The notes beneath the pieces were generated by a model. It worked only from the letters and a program-made list of their open reading frames with translations. It did no database searches and was not told the DNA's origin. Shown here piece after piece: positions 1-11,696 of a DNA stretch of 64,000 nt. The translations under genes and the position numbers were made by a program. The DNA is from Alphaproteobacteria bacterium (GTDB taxonomy: Bacteria; Pseudomonadota; Alphaproteobacteria; JACAEB01). Where the stretch lies: the NCBI GenBank assembly GCA_024236075.1, contig JACKLE010000001.1:130440-194439 (forward strand). Direction: 5' to 3'. Within the stretch, counting starts at the first letter, position 1, and every line of letters begins with the position of its first letter.

Positions 1-369
1 GACATCGACGGCGACTATACCGAGACGCTTGCGCGCCTCGACTCGAACAAGAAGTCGATCGGCGTATTCGGCCTCGCCTTCTATGAGAGCAACACGGACA
101 AGCTGCGCGTCGCCACCGTTTCGGGCGTGACGCCGACGGGCGCGACGGTCGCTTCCGGCGAATATCCGGTTTCCCGTCCGCTGTTCTTCTACATAAAGAA
201 GGCGCACCTTCCGGTCATTCCGGGTCTCAAGGAATATGCCGAGTTCTTCGTCTCCGAAGACATGATCGGCCCCGGCGGCCCGCTGGAAACCAAGGGCCTC
301 GTGCCGGCGCCGGACGCCGAGCGCGAAGCCGTCCGCGCCACGGTGTCGGACGAAACGACCCTGAAGTAG
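1..369 (+). CDS. pstS: Phosphate ABC transporter substrate-binding protein PstS (3' part, 5' end outside window)
   Basis: Frame 1 is open from the window edge to TAG 367-369. The C-terminal translation (..VSGVTPTGATVASGEYPVSRPLFFYIKKAH..) looks PstS-like. It is followed by pstCAB-phoU-phoB. Confidence 0.85.
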   Translation, partial: DIDGDYTETLARLDSNKKSIGVFGLAFYESNTDKLRVATVSGVTPTGATVASGEYPVSRPLFFYIKKAHLPVIPGLKEYAEFFVSEDMIGPGGPLETKGLVPAPDAEREAVRATVSDETTLK

Positions 370-378
370 GCTTGGGGG

Positions 379-410
379 AGCGCCGGAGCCTCGGCTCCGG
401 CGCTTTTCAT
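379..410 (+). terminator. Intrinsic terminator/attenuator hairpin after pstS
   Basis: Perfect 12-bp stem AGCGCCGGAGCC/GGCTCCGGCGCT (379-390 / 393-404) with a 2-nt loop, then TTTTCATTT. It starts 10 nt after the pstS stop. Confidence 0.55.
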
Positions 411-605
411 TTGGGGGGCTGGCCGGAGCGGCGGGGGGTGTCGATTCCCTGCCGCGACCGTCGAGACCGCTGGCCCTTGGACCGACAGCGTTGGGGTTCG
501 CTGCACTGCCGCACGGGGCTTGAGTTCCGAATGGGCTGTGCGAAGCAGCATACGATGCACGGCGCCGGTTCCTGCGGCGGCGCAGGACAGTAGGGGAATG
601 TCCGG

Positions 606-2077
<1,472 letters not shown>

Positions 2078-2081
<4 letters not shown>

Positions 2082-3379
2082 GCGGGCCCTCAGACAGCGA
2101 GCGCATCGCGATCTCAGAGATCGTCGCCAGGGGCATCCGGCGCCGGCGTGCGGCCGAGGCGCGCTTCAAGACCTATGGCGCCATCGCCATCCTGATCGCA
2201 ATTGCGTTCCTTCTCACGCTCTTCGCCACGATCTTTTCGAACGGGATTTCCGCATTCACGCAGACCCATATCCGCCTCGAGCTCGCCCTCGATCCGGCGC
2301 TCATCGATCCCGACGGCACGCGCGATCCCGAGAAGCTCAAGAGCGGAAACTACCGCAAGATCATCGAGACCGCGCTCTTCAGCCGGCTGAACGTCGACGC
2401 GAAATCGCCGGATGCCAGGCTCGCGCGCCTCATGCTGAGCGACTTTTCCCACTACGAGCTGCGCGATCGAGTCGTGGGCAATCCCGACCTCGTCGGCACG
2501 ACGGAGTCGGTCTGGCTGCCCGCGCATTCGAACATCGACCAGTACATCAAAGGCGCGATCAAGAAGGAGACGCCCAACGAGCGCCGCCTCGTGAAGGATC
2601 AGCAGATCGCCTGGGCCGACGAGCTCGCGGCGGCGGGGGATCTGAAGCGGACCTTCAACCGCTATCTCTTCACGCGGGGCGCTTCGTCGAAGCCGGAGCT
2701 CGCGGGCCTCGAGGTCGCCCTCATCGGCTCGTTCTGGATGATGCTCATCGTGCTCGTCTTCGCCGTTCCCATCGGCGTGTCGGCGGCCGTCTACCTCGAG
2801 GAGTTCGCCAAGAAGAACAGCCTCAACGACATCATCGAGGTGAACATCAACAATTTGGCGGCCGTGCCCTCGATCGTGTTCGGCATTCTGGGTCTTGCGG
2901 TCTTTGTCAACACGATCGGGTTGCCGCGCTCGACGCCGGTGGTCGGCGGTCTCGTGCTGACGCTGATGACGCTGCCCACGATCATCATCGCGACGCGCGC
3001 AGCCTTGAAGGCGGTGCCTCCTTCGATCCGCGAAGCCGCGCTCGGCGTCGGCGCGTCGAAGATGCAGTCCATCTTCCACCACGTGCTTCCGCTTTCCGCG
3101 CCCGCGGTCCTCACGGGCACGATCATCGGCCTGGCGCAGGCGCTCGGCGAAACCGCGCCCCTGCTCATCGTCGGCCTTTTCGCCTTCGTCGTGCAGGCGC
3201 CCGCGACGCCCTTCGATTCCAGCTCGGCGCTTCCCGTGCAGATCTATCTGTGGGCGACCTATCAGGAACGCGGTTTCGTCGAGCGCACCTCGGCGGGCAT
3301 TATCGTGCTGCTTGCCTTCATGATCGGCATGAATCTCTTGGCTATCATCCTCAGGAGCCGCTTCGAGCGGCGCTGGTAG
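2078..3379 (+). CDS. pstA: Phosphate ABC transporter permease PstA
   Basis: 433 aa with a PstA-like C-terminal permease core (..LGVGASKMQSIFHHVLP..GLAQALGETAPLL..). 4-nt overlap with pstC. Confidence 0.9.
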
Positions 3380-3415
3380 TGCGGCACTGCGTGGACGCGA
3401 ACGGGAGAGTTCGAG

Positions 3416-4231
3416 ATGAGTGACTCAGGGACCATCCAGATGAGCCGTCCCACCGGCCGCGTGCCCGAAGGCGCGCCGGTCAAGATCGCCTCGCGCGACG
3501 TCAATCTCTGGTATGGCGAGAAGCAGGCGCTGTTCGGCATCGATCTCGACGTCCCGGACAACCATGTGACCGCCCTGATCGGGCCGTCGGGCTGCGGCAA
3601 GTCGACCTTCCTGCGCTGCCTCAACCGGATGAACGACACGATCGACATCGCCCGGGTCGCGGGCGACATCCGTCTCGACGGCGAGGACATCTACGCGAAG
3701 GCCATCGACCCCGTGCAGCTTCGCGCGCGCGTCGGCATGGTGTTCCAGAAGCCCAACCCCTTCCCGAAGTCGATCTACGAAAACGTCGCCTACGGGCCTC
3801 GCATCCACGGCATCGCCACGTCGAAGAAGCAGATCGACGAGATCGTCGTCACCAGCCTGCAGAAGGCGAGCCTCTGGGAGGAGGTGAAGGACCGCCTCGA
3901 CGAGCCGGGCACGGGCCTTTCGGGCGGCCAGCAGCAGCGTCTGTGCATCGCGCGGGCGATCGCCGTCAGCCCCGAGGTCATTCTCATGGACGAGCCTTGC
4001 TCCGCCCTCGATCCCATCGCCACCGACCGTATCGAGCAGCTCATCCTGGAGTTGAAGGAAAATTACTGCATCGCCATCGTGACGCACTCGATGAGCCAGG
4101 CCGCGCGCGTCTCGCAGCGCACCGCCTTCTTCCATCTCGGCTACCTTGTGGAAGTCGGCGACACGGCCGATATTTTTACCAATCCGCAGGACAAGCGGAC
4201 GCAGGACTACATCACCGGGCGCTTCGGGTGA
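3416..4231 (+). CDS. pstB: Phosphate ABC transporter ATP-binding protein PstB
   Basis: Walker [10 protein letters not shown], signature LSGGQQQRL, Walker B ILMDEP. Typical PstB ends (..QDYITGRFG). Confidence 0.95.
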   Translation: MSDSGTIQMSRPTGRVPEGAPVKIASRDVNLWYGEKQALFGIDLDVPDNHVTALIGPSGCGKSTFLRCLNRMNDTIDIARVAGDIRLDGEDIYAKAIDPVQLRARVGMVFQKPNPFPKSIYENVAYGPRIHGIATSKKQIDEIVVTSLQKASLWEEVKDRLDEPGTGLSGGQQQRLCIARAIAVSPEVILMDEPCSALDPIATDRIEQLILELKENYCIAIVTHSMSQAARVSQRTAFFHLGYLVEVGDTADIFTNPQDKRTQDYITGRFG

Positions 4232-5001
4232 GCCTCGTGCCGGACCCGGCGGCGCGCTCGCGGGAGGATCTGGCAGTCGTGTCGCAGCCGCCGTTTCGTG
4301 CTCCGATCGCGGATCTGGAGCATCTGTCCGCGAGCATTGCGCGCATGGGAGGGCTCTGCGAGAGCCAGCTCGGCGATTCGATCGAGGCCGTCACCCGTCG
4401 CGATTCGGCGCTCGCGCAGAAGGTCATCGAGCGCGATGCGGCGATCGATGCCCTCGAGCAGGCGATCGAGGCCGATTGCGTGCGCGTGCTCGCGCTGCGC
4501 CAGCCCCTGGCGGGCGACCTGCGCGAGACCGTCGGGGCGATGAAGATCGCGGTCGATCTGGAGCGCGTCGGCGACCTCGCCAAGAACGTCGCGAAGCGCA
4601 CGCTCGTCCTCAATCGCGAGGAGCCCGTGAAGCTCACCCAGGGCCTCTCGCGCATGGGCCGGCAGGCGCTGGCCCAGCTCAAGGAGGTGCTCGACGCCTA
4701 TTCGAGCACGAGCCCCGAGCGCGCCCTCGCGGTATGGCGCCGCGACGACGAGATCGACGAGCTGTACAACAGCCTCTTCCGCGAGTTCCTGACCTATATG
4801 ATGGAAGATCCGCGCACCATCGGCACGTGCACGCATCTCCTCTTCATCGCCAAGAATCTCGAGCGTGTCGGCGACCATGCGACAAATATTGCGGAAATTC
4901 TTTATTTCCGTCACACGGGCCGTTACATAAAGGACGCGAGGCCCAAGAGCGACGTGACGAGCCTCACGCGCTTCGATTTCGGATCGGGTGAAGAGAAATG
5001 A
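4228..5001 (+). CDS. phoU: Phosphate signalling/transport regulator PhoU
   Basis: PhoU repeat sequence (..[17 protein letters not shown].. and ..[18 protein letters not shown]..). GTG 4228 overlaps the pstB stop (GTGA). Alternative GTG starts at 4276/4279 cannot be excluded. Confidence 0.85.
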   Translation: MSLVPDPAARSREDLAVVSQPPFRAPIADLEHLSASIARMGGLCESQLGDSIEAVTRRDSALAQKVIERDAAIDALEQAIEADCVRVLALRQPLAGDLRETVGAMKIAVDLERVGDLAKNVAKRTLVLNREEPVKLTQGLSRMGRQALAQLKEVLDAYSSTSPERALAVWRRDDEIDELYNSLFREFLTYMMEDPRTIGTCTHLLFIAKNLERVGDHATNIAEILYFRHTGRYIKDARPKSDVTSLTRFDFGSGEEK

Positions 5002-5747
5002 CACTGGCTGGCGAGAGCGCGGCTCCACCGAAAAAGGCGCGCACGGCCGCGAAGCCGCTCGTCGTCGTGGTCGAGGACGAGGCCCCGCTGACGACGCTGC
5101 TCTCCTACAATCTGGAGCGCGAGGGCTATCGCGTATCGATGGCGCGCGACGGCGAGGAGGCCCTTCTCATCGTCGACGAGGAGCGGCCCGACCTCATCCT
5201 CCTCGACTGGATGCTGCCGCAGATCTCCGGCATCGAGGTTTGCCGGCGCCTAAGGGCGCGCGCCGACACGCGCAACCTCCCCATCATCATGCTCACCGCG
5301 CGCGGCGAGGAGGCCGACCGCATTCGCGGCCTCGACACCGGCGCCGACGACTACATCACCAAGCCGTTTTCCATGACCGAGCTCTTCGCGCGCATCCGGG
5401 CGGTGATGCGGCGCATCCGGCCGGCGCTTGCCGACGACGTGGTGCGCGCCGGCGAGATCCAGCTCGACCGCGCGGCCCATCGCGTGCGCCGGGGCGGGCG
5501 CGACGTGCATCTCGGGCCGACGGAGTTCCGCCTCCTCGACCACCTGATCCAGTATCCGGGCCGCGTCTTCAGCCGCGAACAGCTTCTCGATGCCGTCTGG
5601 GGCTCGGACGTCTATGTCGAGGTGCGCACGGTCGACGTCCATATCGGGCGGCTGCGCAAGGCCCTCAACAAGAAGGGCGAGAACGATCCCATCCGCACCG
5701 TGCGCTCGGCGGGCTACGCCTTCGACGAGACCTTCGAGGCGCCCTGA
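4998..5747 (+). CDS. phoB: Phosphate regulon response regulator PhoB (OmpR family)
   Basis: Receiver domain (..LILLDWMLPQISGIEVCRRL..) plus a winged-helix C-terminus (..RTVDVHIGRLRKAL..IRTVRSAGYAF). The ATG overlaps the phoU stop. Confidence 0.9.
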   Translation: MTLAGESAAPPKKARTAAKPLVVVVEDEAPLTTLLSYNLEREGYRVSMARDGEEALLIVDEERPDLILLDWMLPQISGIEVCRRLRARADTRNLPIIMLTARGEEADRIRGLDTGADDYITKPFSMTELFARIRAVMRRIRPALADDVVRAGEIQLDRAAHRVRRGGRDVHLGPTEFRLLDHLIQYPGRVFSREQLLDAVWGSDVYVEVRTVDVHIGRLRKALNKKGENDPIRTVRSAGYAFDETFEAP

Positions 5748-5756
5748 CGCGACCTT

Positions 5757-6200
5757 TCAGCTCACCAGTCTCTTGCGCAGGCGGCGGTTCTGGGTCGGCT
5801 GATAGGCGAGCTGCTTGTGCGCCTCGCAATAGGGATGGCCGTCGGCCGCCTTGCGTCCGCAGAAGCGGAACTCGTCGCTTGCCGGATCGCCGATGGGCCA
5901 TTTGCACATGCGGTCGGAGACCGTCATCACCGTGACGAACTCGCCGTTCTCGAGCCGCAGCGGCTCCTCGACGAAAATGGGCCTCACCGGCACGGGCTTG
6001 GCGATGGGCTTGGCCACCGTCACGCGGCGCGGACGCTCCGAGCGCGTCGCGGTCGCGCGGCCCGAAAGGCCGAGGCGGTGGACCTTGCCGATCACCGCAT
6101 TGCGTGTCACACCACCCATGGTCCGCGCGATCTGGCTCGCGCTGAGGCCTTCCTGCCAGAGCTTTTTCAGGAGCTCGACGCGCTCATCTGTCCACGACAT
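5757..6200 (-). CDS. gcrA: Cell-cycle transcriptional regulator GcrA
   Basis: MSWTDERVELLKKLWQEGLSASQIA..GVTRNAVIGKVHRLGL.. and C-terminal ..MCKWPIGDP..FCG..YCEAH.. are GcrA hallmarks. Start taken at the internal ATG (6200), not the ORF-track start (6251). Confidence 0.85.
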   Translation of the reverse strand: MSWTDERVELLKKLWQEGLSASQIARTMGGVTRNAVIGKVHRLGLSGRATATRSERPRRVTVAKPIAKPVPVRPIFVEEPLRLENGEFVTVMTVSDRMCKWPIGDPASDEFRFCGRKAADGHPYCEAHKQLAYQPTQNRRLRKRLVS

Positions 6201-6460
6201 GGCTCTACCCCTTTTATGATCCGTGCGCAGGCGGGCAGCTGTTACCCACATTTAGTGCTGCATGCCGACTGTCTCGCTACATATCGTTATACAAGAGCGA
6301 GTCGTGCACAAGATCTATGGGACCGGTTTTCTGTGGAATCACGATATTGGGGGCGCGCCCGCCGCTCATGGGTGACCCGCGCCGCGCGGCCTTGGTGCCG
6401 CGCGGCCGCGCGCGCTAGGTTGCGCGCCGAACGGCGAACCCTTGGAGCGAGGGCCTGTGC

Positions 6461-7297
6461 ATGAGCGAGCTCGACCTGGCGGCGGCGCCCGCGCGGCCCT
6501 TTCCGAAGGCGGGCGAGCGGCGCTTCGGCCGCGTCAACACGCTCGGGGTTTGGACGCTCTATCGAAAGGAGGTCCAGCGCTTCACCAAGATCAGCGTTCA
6601 GACGATCCTCGCGCCCATGCTGAACGCGGTCCTGTTCCTCGCGATCTTCAAGCTCGCGCTCGGCGGCACGCGCAATCCCGTCCACGGCGTCGCATTCGCC
6701 GATTTTCTCGCCCCCGGGCTCGTGATGGCGGCGATCCTGCAGAACGCCTTCGCGAACTCGTCCTCCTCGCTCCTCGGCGCCAAGGTCCAGGGAAACTACG
6801 TCGATTTCCTCATGCCGCCGCTCTCGCCTCTCGAGCTGTCGTTCTGCTTCGTCATGGGCGGGGCGACGCGCGGGATCGTCGTCGCGCTCGCGGCCGGCCT
6901 CGCCATGGTGCCCTTCACCCAATTCCACATCACCCATCTCTGGGCGGTGCTCTTCTTCGCGGCGGCGGGCTCGACGCTTCTCTCGGTCATCGGCGTCATC
7001 GCCGGGATCTGGGCCGAGAAGTTCGATCACATGGCGACGGTGCAGAACTTCATCATCCTGCCGCTCTCGCTCCTTTCGGGAACCTTCTACTCGGTCGATC
7101 AGGCGCTCACGGGCGCCTGGCGCGCGGCGAGCCACCTCAACCCCTTCTTCTATCTCATCGACGGCTTCCGCTACGGCTTCATCGGCGCGGCCGACAGCGA
7201 CCTCGGGGTGGGCGTCGCCGTCGCGCTCGGCCTCATCGCGGCGCTCTGGTGGATCGCCTATCGCCTGCTGAAATCGGGTTACCGCCTCAAGGCTTAG
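6461..7297 (+). CDS. ABC-2 type transporter permease
   Basis: 278 aa, about six hydrophobic segments, ABC-2/NodJ-like sequence character. No ATPase partner adjacent. Confidence 0.7.
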   Translation: MSELDLAAAPARPFPKAGERRFGRVNTLGVWTLYRKEVQRFTKISVQTILAPMLNAVLFLAIFKLALGGTRNPVHGVAFADFLAPGLVMAAILQNAFANSSSSLLGAKVQGNYVDFLMPPLSPLELSFCFVMGGATRGIVVALAAGLAMVPFTQFHITHLWAVLFFAAAGSTLLSVIGVIAGIWAEKFDHMATVQNFIILPLSLLSGTFYSVDQALTGAWRAASHLNPFFYLIDGFRYGFIGAADSDLGVGVAVALGLIAALWWIAYRLLKSGYRLKA

Positions 7298-7460
7298 CCG
7301 GGCCGGGCTCCGAATTGACGCGCGCAGGCCTTCCAAGGAATACTTGACTTGTGGCCGCCGGTGACGTCCGGCGGCCTTCGTTTTCTCCATGCCATGCCCC
7401 GCTTGGGCTCCCGGGGCGGCCGATGGGACCGATGGAGCCCTTGCTGCGAAGGCGTCAGCC

Positions 7461-8690
7461 ATGAGCGCAAGACTGACCCGCGCGGATGGCCCGGCGGCGG
7501 GCGACCACCTTTTGCCGACCTACAAGCGGCGGGACGTCGTCTTCGCGCGCGGGGAGGGCGCCTGGCTCGAGGCGACCGACGGGCGGCGTTTCCTCGATTT
7601 CGGCTCGGGCGTCGCTGTGAACGCCCTCGGCCATGCCCATCCGCGCCTCGTCGCGACGTTGACGGCGCAGGCGGGGGCGCTCTGGCACGTCTCGAACCTC
7701 TTCCGCATCGACGGCCAGGAGCGCCTCGCCGAGCGCCTCTGCGCCGCGAGCTTCGCCGACCGGGTCTTTTTCGCCAATTCCGGCGCCGAGGCCATGGAAT
7801 GCGCCATCAAGATGGCGCGCCGCTACCATTGGGCGGCCGGCGCGCCCGAGCGCACGCGCCTCATCACCTTCGAGGGCGCCTTTCACGGCCGGACGCTGGC
7901 GACGCTCGCGGCCGGCGGCCAGGCCAAATATCTCGAAGGCTTCGGCGAGCCCGTCTCCGGGTTCGACCAGGTGCCCTTCGGCAACCTCTCCGCCGTCGAG
8001 GCCGCCATCGGGCCGCAGACCGCCGGAATCCTCGTCGAGCCGATCCAGGGGGAGGGCGGCGTGCGGGTGCTTCCCGGCGAGGCGCTGCGGGCCCTGCGCG
8101 CGCTCTGCGACGAGCACGGGCTCCTTCTCGTCCTCGACGAGGTGCAGACCGGCATGGGCCGCACGGGACGGCTCTTCGCCCATGAGCGCGCGGGCATCGC
8201 GCCGGACGTCATGGCCCTCGCAAAGGCCCTGGGCGCCGGCTTTCCCATCGGGGCGTGCCTCGCCACCGAGCGCGCGGCCCGCGCCATGACGCTCGGCAGC
8301 CACGGCTCGACCTTCGGGGGCAATCCGCTCGCCATGGCCGTCGGCAACGCCGTCCTCGACGTCGTTCTGGAGCCGGGCTTCCTCGCGCGCGTCGAGGAGA
8401 TGTCGAGCCGGCTCCGCCAGGGCCTCGCCCAGCTCAAGGATGCCTTCGGCGACCTCGTGGAGGAGGTGCGCGGCGAGGGCCTGCTTCTCGGGCTCAAGAC
8501 GCGCGTCGCGAACACCGATCTCGTCGATGCCGCCTTCGCCGAGGGTCTCATTGTCATAGGCGCGGGCGACAATGTCGTGCGCGTGCTGCCGCCGCTCATC
8601 GTCGCGGAGGGCGAGGCGAGCGAAGGGCTCGCCCGGCTCGAGGCCGCTCTCGGACGCCTGCGCGCGGCACGGCGGGAGGATCGTCCATGA
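7461..8690 (+). CDS. argD: Acetylornithine aminotransferase (class III PLP aminotransferase)
   Basis: ..[18 protein letters not shown].., ..[14 protein letters not shown].., ..[14 protein letters not shown].. (PLP-Lys region). Followed by argF with an ATGA overlap. Confidence 0.85.
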   Translation: MSARLTRADGPAAGDHLLPTYKRRDVVFARGEGAWLEATDGRRFLDFGSGVAVNALGHAHPRLVATLTAQAGALWHVSNLFRIDGQERLAERLCAASFADRVFFANSGAEAMECAIKMARRYHWAAGAPERTRLITFEGAFHGRTLATLAAGGQAKYLEGFGEPVSGFDQVPFGNLSAVEAAIGPQTAGILVEPIQGEGGVRVLPGEALRALRALCDEHGLLLVLDEVQTGMGRTGRLFAHERAGIAPDVMALAKALGAGFPIGACLATERAARAMTLGSHGSTFGGNPLAMAVGNAVLDVVLEPGFLARVEEMSSRLRQGLAQLKDAFGDLVEEVRGEGLLLGLKTRVANTDLVDAAFAEGLIVIGAGDNVVRVLPPLIVAEGEASEGLARLEAALGRLRAARREDRP

Positions 8691-9643
8691 GGGCCGGGGC
8701 CCAAGCCAGGAGCGCGCCGCCGGGAGTGCGCCATTTCCTCGACCTGTCGGAATTCGACGGGCCGACTCTGCGGCGCATCCTCGAGGCGTCGCGGACGATG
8801 AAGGCAAAGCGCGCCGGGCTGCCGAAGGGCGCGGCGGACGCCCATGCGCCGCTCGCGGGGCGCCTCCTCGCGCTCATCTTCGAGAAGCCTTCGACGCGCA
8901 CGCGGGTCTCGTTCGACGTGGCGATGCGCCAGCTCGGCGGCCAGACCGTGTTTCTCACCGGCGACGAGCTGCAGCTCGGCCGGGGCGAGACCATCGCCGA
9001 CACGGCGCGCGTGCTCTCACGCTACGTCGACGCCATCATGATCCGGACCCTCGATCACGACGCGCTTCTCGAGCTAGCGGCCCATGCGAGCGTGCCCGTC
9101 GTGAACGGCCTCACGCGCCGCTCCCATCCCTGCCAGCTCATGGCGGACATCCTCACCTTCGAGGAGCATCGCGGACCCATCCGTGGGCGCACGGTCGCCT
9201 GGTCGGGCGACGGCAACAATGTCGCCTCGTCCTGGATCCACGCGGCGGTGCGCTTCGACTTCACGCTGCGTCTCGCCTGTCCGGAGGGGCATGGTCCGCG
9301 AACGGATCTCATCGCCTGGGCTCGGCGCGAGGGCGGCCGGATCGTCACGACGCTGGATCCTCTCGAGGCCGTCGCGGGCGCGGATTGCGTCGTCACCGAC
9401 ACCTGGGTGTCGATGGGCGACGAGGACGCGGAAGCGCGCCAGCTTCGCCTGGCGCCCTACCGGGTCGATTCGCGCCTCATGAAGGCGGCCGACCCGAAGG
9501 CGGTCTTCATGCATTGCCTTCCGGCCCACCGGGGCGAGGAGGTGACCGACGAGGTCATAGACGGACCGCAGTCCGTGGTCTGGGACGAGGCGGAGAACCG
9601 GCTGCACGCGCAGAAGGGCATTCTCGCCTGGTGCCTCGGCTGA
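8687..9643 (+). CDS. argF: Ornithine carbamoyltransferase
   Basis: ..[12 protein letters not shown].. (carbamoyl-phosphate motif), ..HPCQLMAD.., ..[13 protein letters not shown].. . Start at internal ATG 8687. Confidence 0.9.
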   Translation: MRAGAQARSAPPGVRHFLDLSEFDGPTLRRILEASRTMKAKRAGLPKGAADAHAPLAGRLLALIFEKPSTRTRVSFDVAMRQLGGQTVFLTGDELQLGRGETIADTARVLSRYVDAIMIRTLDHDALLELAAHASVPVVNGLTRRSHPCQLMADILTFEEHRGPIRGRTVAWSGDGNNVASSWIHAAVRFDFTLRLACPEGHGPRTDLIAWARREGGRIVTTLDPLEAVAGADCVVTDTWVSMGDEDAEARQLRLAPYRVDSRLMKAADPKAVFMHCLPAHRGEEVTDEVIDGPQSVVWDEAENRLHAQKGILAWCLG

Positions 9644-9647
9644 GGCG

Positions 9648-10625
9648 ATGGCCGAGGATACCGGCCTGACCTTCGCCGTGCCGGCCGACGACGTGCTGCT
9701 GCGCTTCGCCGTCGAGGGGGCGGACGTGCAGGGGCGGCTGGTGCGCCTCGGGCCGCTCGCGGACGCGATCCTGAGCTCCCACCCCTATCCCGAGCCGGTC
9801 GCGCGTCTTCTCGGCGAGGGGCTCGTCATCGCCGCCATGCTCGGCGCCGCGCTCAAATTCGAGGGCGACCTCATCCTCCAGGCGCGGGGCGACGGGCCGG
9901 TTCCGCTTCTCGTGGCGAGCTACCGCGCGGGCGGCCTTCTGCGCGGCTATGCGGATGTGCGCGCGGGAGCCGAGATCGCGCCCGACGCCGGCCTGTCGAG
10001 GCTCATGGGAAAAGGGCACTTCGCCATCACCATCGACCCGGGCGGCGAGATGAACCGCTATCAGGGCCTCGTCGCGCTCGAAGGCGAGAGCCTCGTCGAC
10101 TGCGCGGACGCCTATTTCCAGCAGTCCGAGCAGATCGCGACCGCGATCACCGTGCTCGTCGGCTCGCGCGTCTTGCGGGAGGAAGGAGTCGCGCGCGAGC
10201 GCCGGCAGGCCGCGGGCCTCATGATCCAGCATCTCGCCGCGGAAGGAGGGCGGCTCGACGATGCGGAGCGCGAGGCGCGCGTCGCGGCGCGTGCCGAGCG
10301 GGCGCTCACCTCGTCCGGCGAGGATGTCGAGGAGGCCTGGCGGCGCGCGCGCATCCTTCTCGCGACCGTCGAGCCGAGCGAGCTGCTCGACCCCGACGTG
10401 CCGCCGACCGAGGTCTTGCGACGCCTCTACGCCGAGGACGGCGTCAGGGTCTTCGAGCCGACGCCGCTCGCACGCGACTGCCGGTGTACGGATGCGCGAA
10501 TCCGCGCCATTCTCTCCGCCTACGGTGAAGCCGAGCTCGCGGACATGGTCGAGGACGGCGCCATTGCGGTGACCTGCGCCTACTGCAACCTTACCTTCCG
10601 CATACGTCCGGAAGAGCTGGGCTGA
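9648..10625 (+). CDS. hslO: Redox-regulated chaperone Hsp33
   Basis: 325 aa with the C-terminal zinc centre CRC..(28 aa)..CAYC typical of Hsp33. Confidence 0.85.
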   Translation: MAEDTGLTFAVPADDVLLRFAVEGADVQGRLVRLGPLADAILSSHPYPEPVARLLGEGLVIAAMLGAALKFEGDLILQARGDGPVPLLVASYRAGGLLRGYADVRAGAEIAPDAGLSRLMGKGHFAITIDPGGEMNRYQGLVALEGESLVDCADAYFQQSEQIATAITVLVGSRVLREEGVARERRQAAGLMIQHLAAEGGRLDDAEREARVAARAERALTSSGEDVEEAWRRARILLATVEPSELLDPDVPPTEVLRRLYAEDGVRVFEPTPLARDCRCTDARIRAILSAYGEAELADMVEDGAIAVTCAYCNLTFRIRPEELG

Positions 10626-10697
10626 GTCCCCTGCCTCAAATTGGCCGCTTCCTGCGGACCATGCTCGATCCGCCGCAGCCGACCCAAGGGAGCCAAC

Positions 10698-11282
10698 ATG
10701 GCAATCGCGCGCTTCGCCCTTTTCATCGCTCCGCTTGCAATGGCCGCGCTCGCGGCCTGCGCGAGCGCGCCGGCATCGACCGATGTCAGCTTCGCGCCCG
10801 TGAAGCCGATGTCCGTCCGGGCCTCGAGCATCGAGGTGCAGAAGGCGCCCGGAGCGGAGTCCCCCAGCGCGACGCTCGACTTCACGCCGCCGGTCGCGCT
10901 CGTCGACCTGCCGCAGGACTGGGCGAAAGCCCGCCTCTCCGCCGTAGGGGGCCCGGGCAAGGTGACGATCCTCATCACCGAGGCGCGCGTCGAGGACCGT
11001 CCCCTGCCGCACAAGCAGGGTCTTTCGGGGCTCTTCAGCTTCGAGCCGACCGAGGAGTTCGAGGCGCGCCTCGCCGTGCGCGTGACCTTCCAGGACGGCG
11101 ACGGCTTCGCCGCGGCGTCCGCGAGCGTCAAGGCCTCCGCGACAGTGCCCGAGCATTCCTCGAACGCGGAGCGCCAGGCCATCTACGCAAAGCTCATGCA
11201 GGACGTCGCGGAGGCGCTCGACCGGGAGCTGAGCGGACAGGTCCGCGACCATTTCCCCTATCGGGCCTTCGCCGCGCCGTGA
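10698..11282 (+). CDS. Hypothetical lipoprotein
   Basis: MAIARFALFIAPLAMAALAAC: signal peptide with lipobox LAAC. SD AAGGGAG lies before ATG 10698. No family recognised. Confidence 0.55.
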   Translation: MAIARFALFIAPLAMAALAACASAPASTDVSFAPVKPMSVRASSIEVQKAPGAESPSATLDFTPPVALVDLPQDWAKARLSAVGGPGKVTILITEARVEDRPLPHKQGLSGLFSFEPTEEFEARLAVRVTFQDGDGFAAASASVKASATVPEHSSNAERQAIYAKLMQDVAEALDRELSGQVRDHFPYRAFAAP

Positions 11283-11405
11283 TCGGCGAGTGATCGCCGG
11301 GCACCAAATCGCGCCCCGCGCGCAGAGGCGCGCAATGTGCTAAAACGGCTCGGCAGGCGGCCGAGCGCCGGTCGTCGAACCTTGGCCGAAAAGTGGGGTG
11401 TTGCC

Positions 11406-11696
11406 ATGGGAAGCGTCGGTCTTGCCACCCTGAACATCTTTCTCTCCCTGGTGCTGGGAGCCATAGCGCTCGTCTTCGTGAGCATCCAGTTTCCGGACCT
11501 CTTCTCGACGATCCTCGACGGCGCGGCGTGGGTCGAGGACCAGCTCGGCCATACGGGCCTCAAGACCCAGTACAATAACTGGGTGCGCTTCCTCATCGGG
11601 GACGAGCAGCTCACCTTCATGTTCTTCACGATCGCGATGCGCCTGCTGCTCGCGCTGATCGTGTCGGGCGTCAAGGCCCTGGTCGCCCGCGGCTAG
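11406..11696 (+). CDS. Small hypothetical membrane protein
   Basis: 96 aa with two hydrophobic helices and high GC3. The start is uncertain (GTG 11337 also possible). Confidence 0.4.
   Translation: MGSVGLATLNIFLSLVLGAIALVFVSIQFPDLFSTILDGAAWVEDQLGHTGLKTQYNNWVRFLIGDEQLTFMFFTIAMRLLLALIVSGVKALVARG

Noticed and set aside
6299-6340. Two GANTC (CcrM methylation) sites, GAGTC 6299-6303 and GAATC 6336-6340, upstream of gcrA.
   Set aside because: A 4-bp-specific motif is expected by chance at this density. It cannot be called regulatory from sequence alone.
6461-7297. ABC-2 permease without an adjacent ATPase ('orphan' transporter half).
   Set aside because: It sits within the housekeeping (non-accessory) part of the window and may pair with an ATPase encoded elsewhere. 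I have no evidence of anything unusual.
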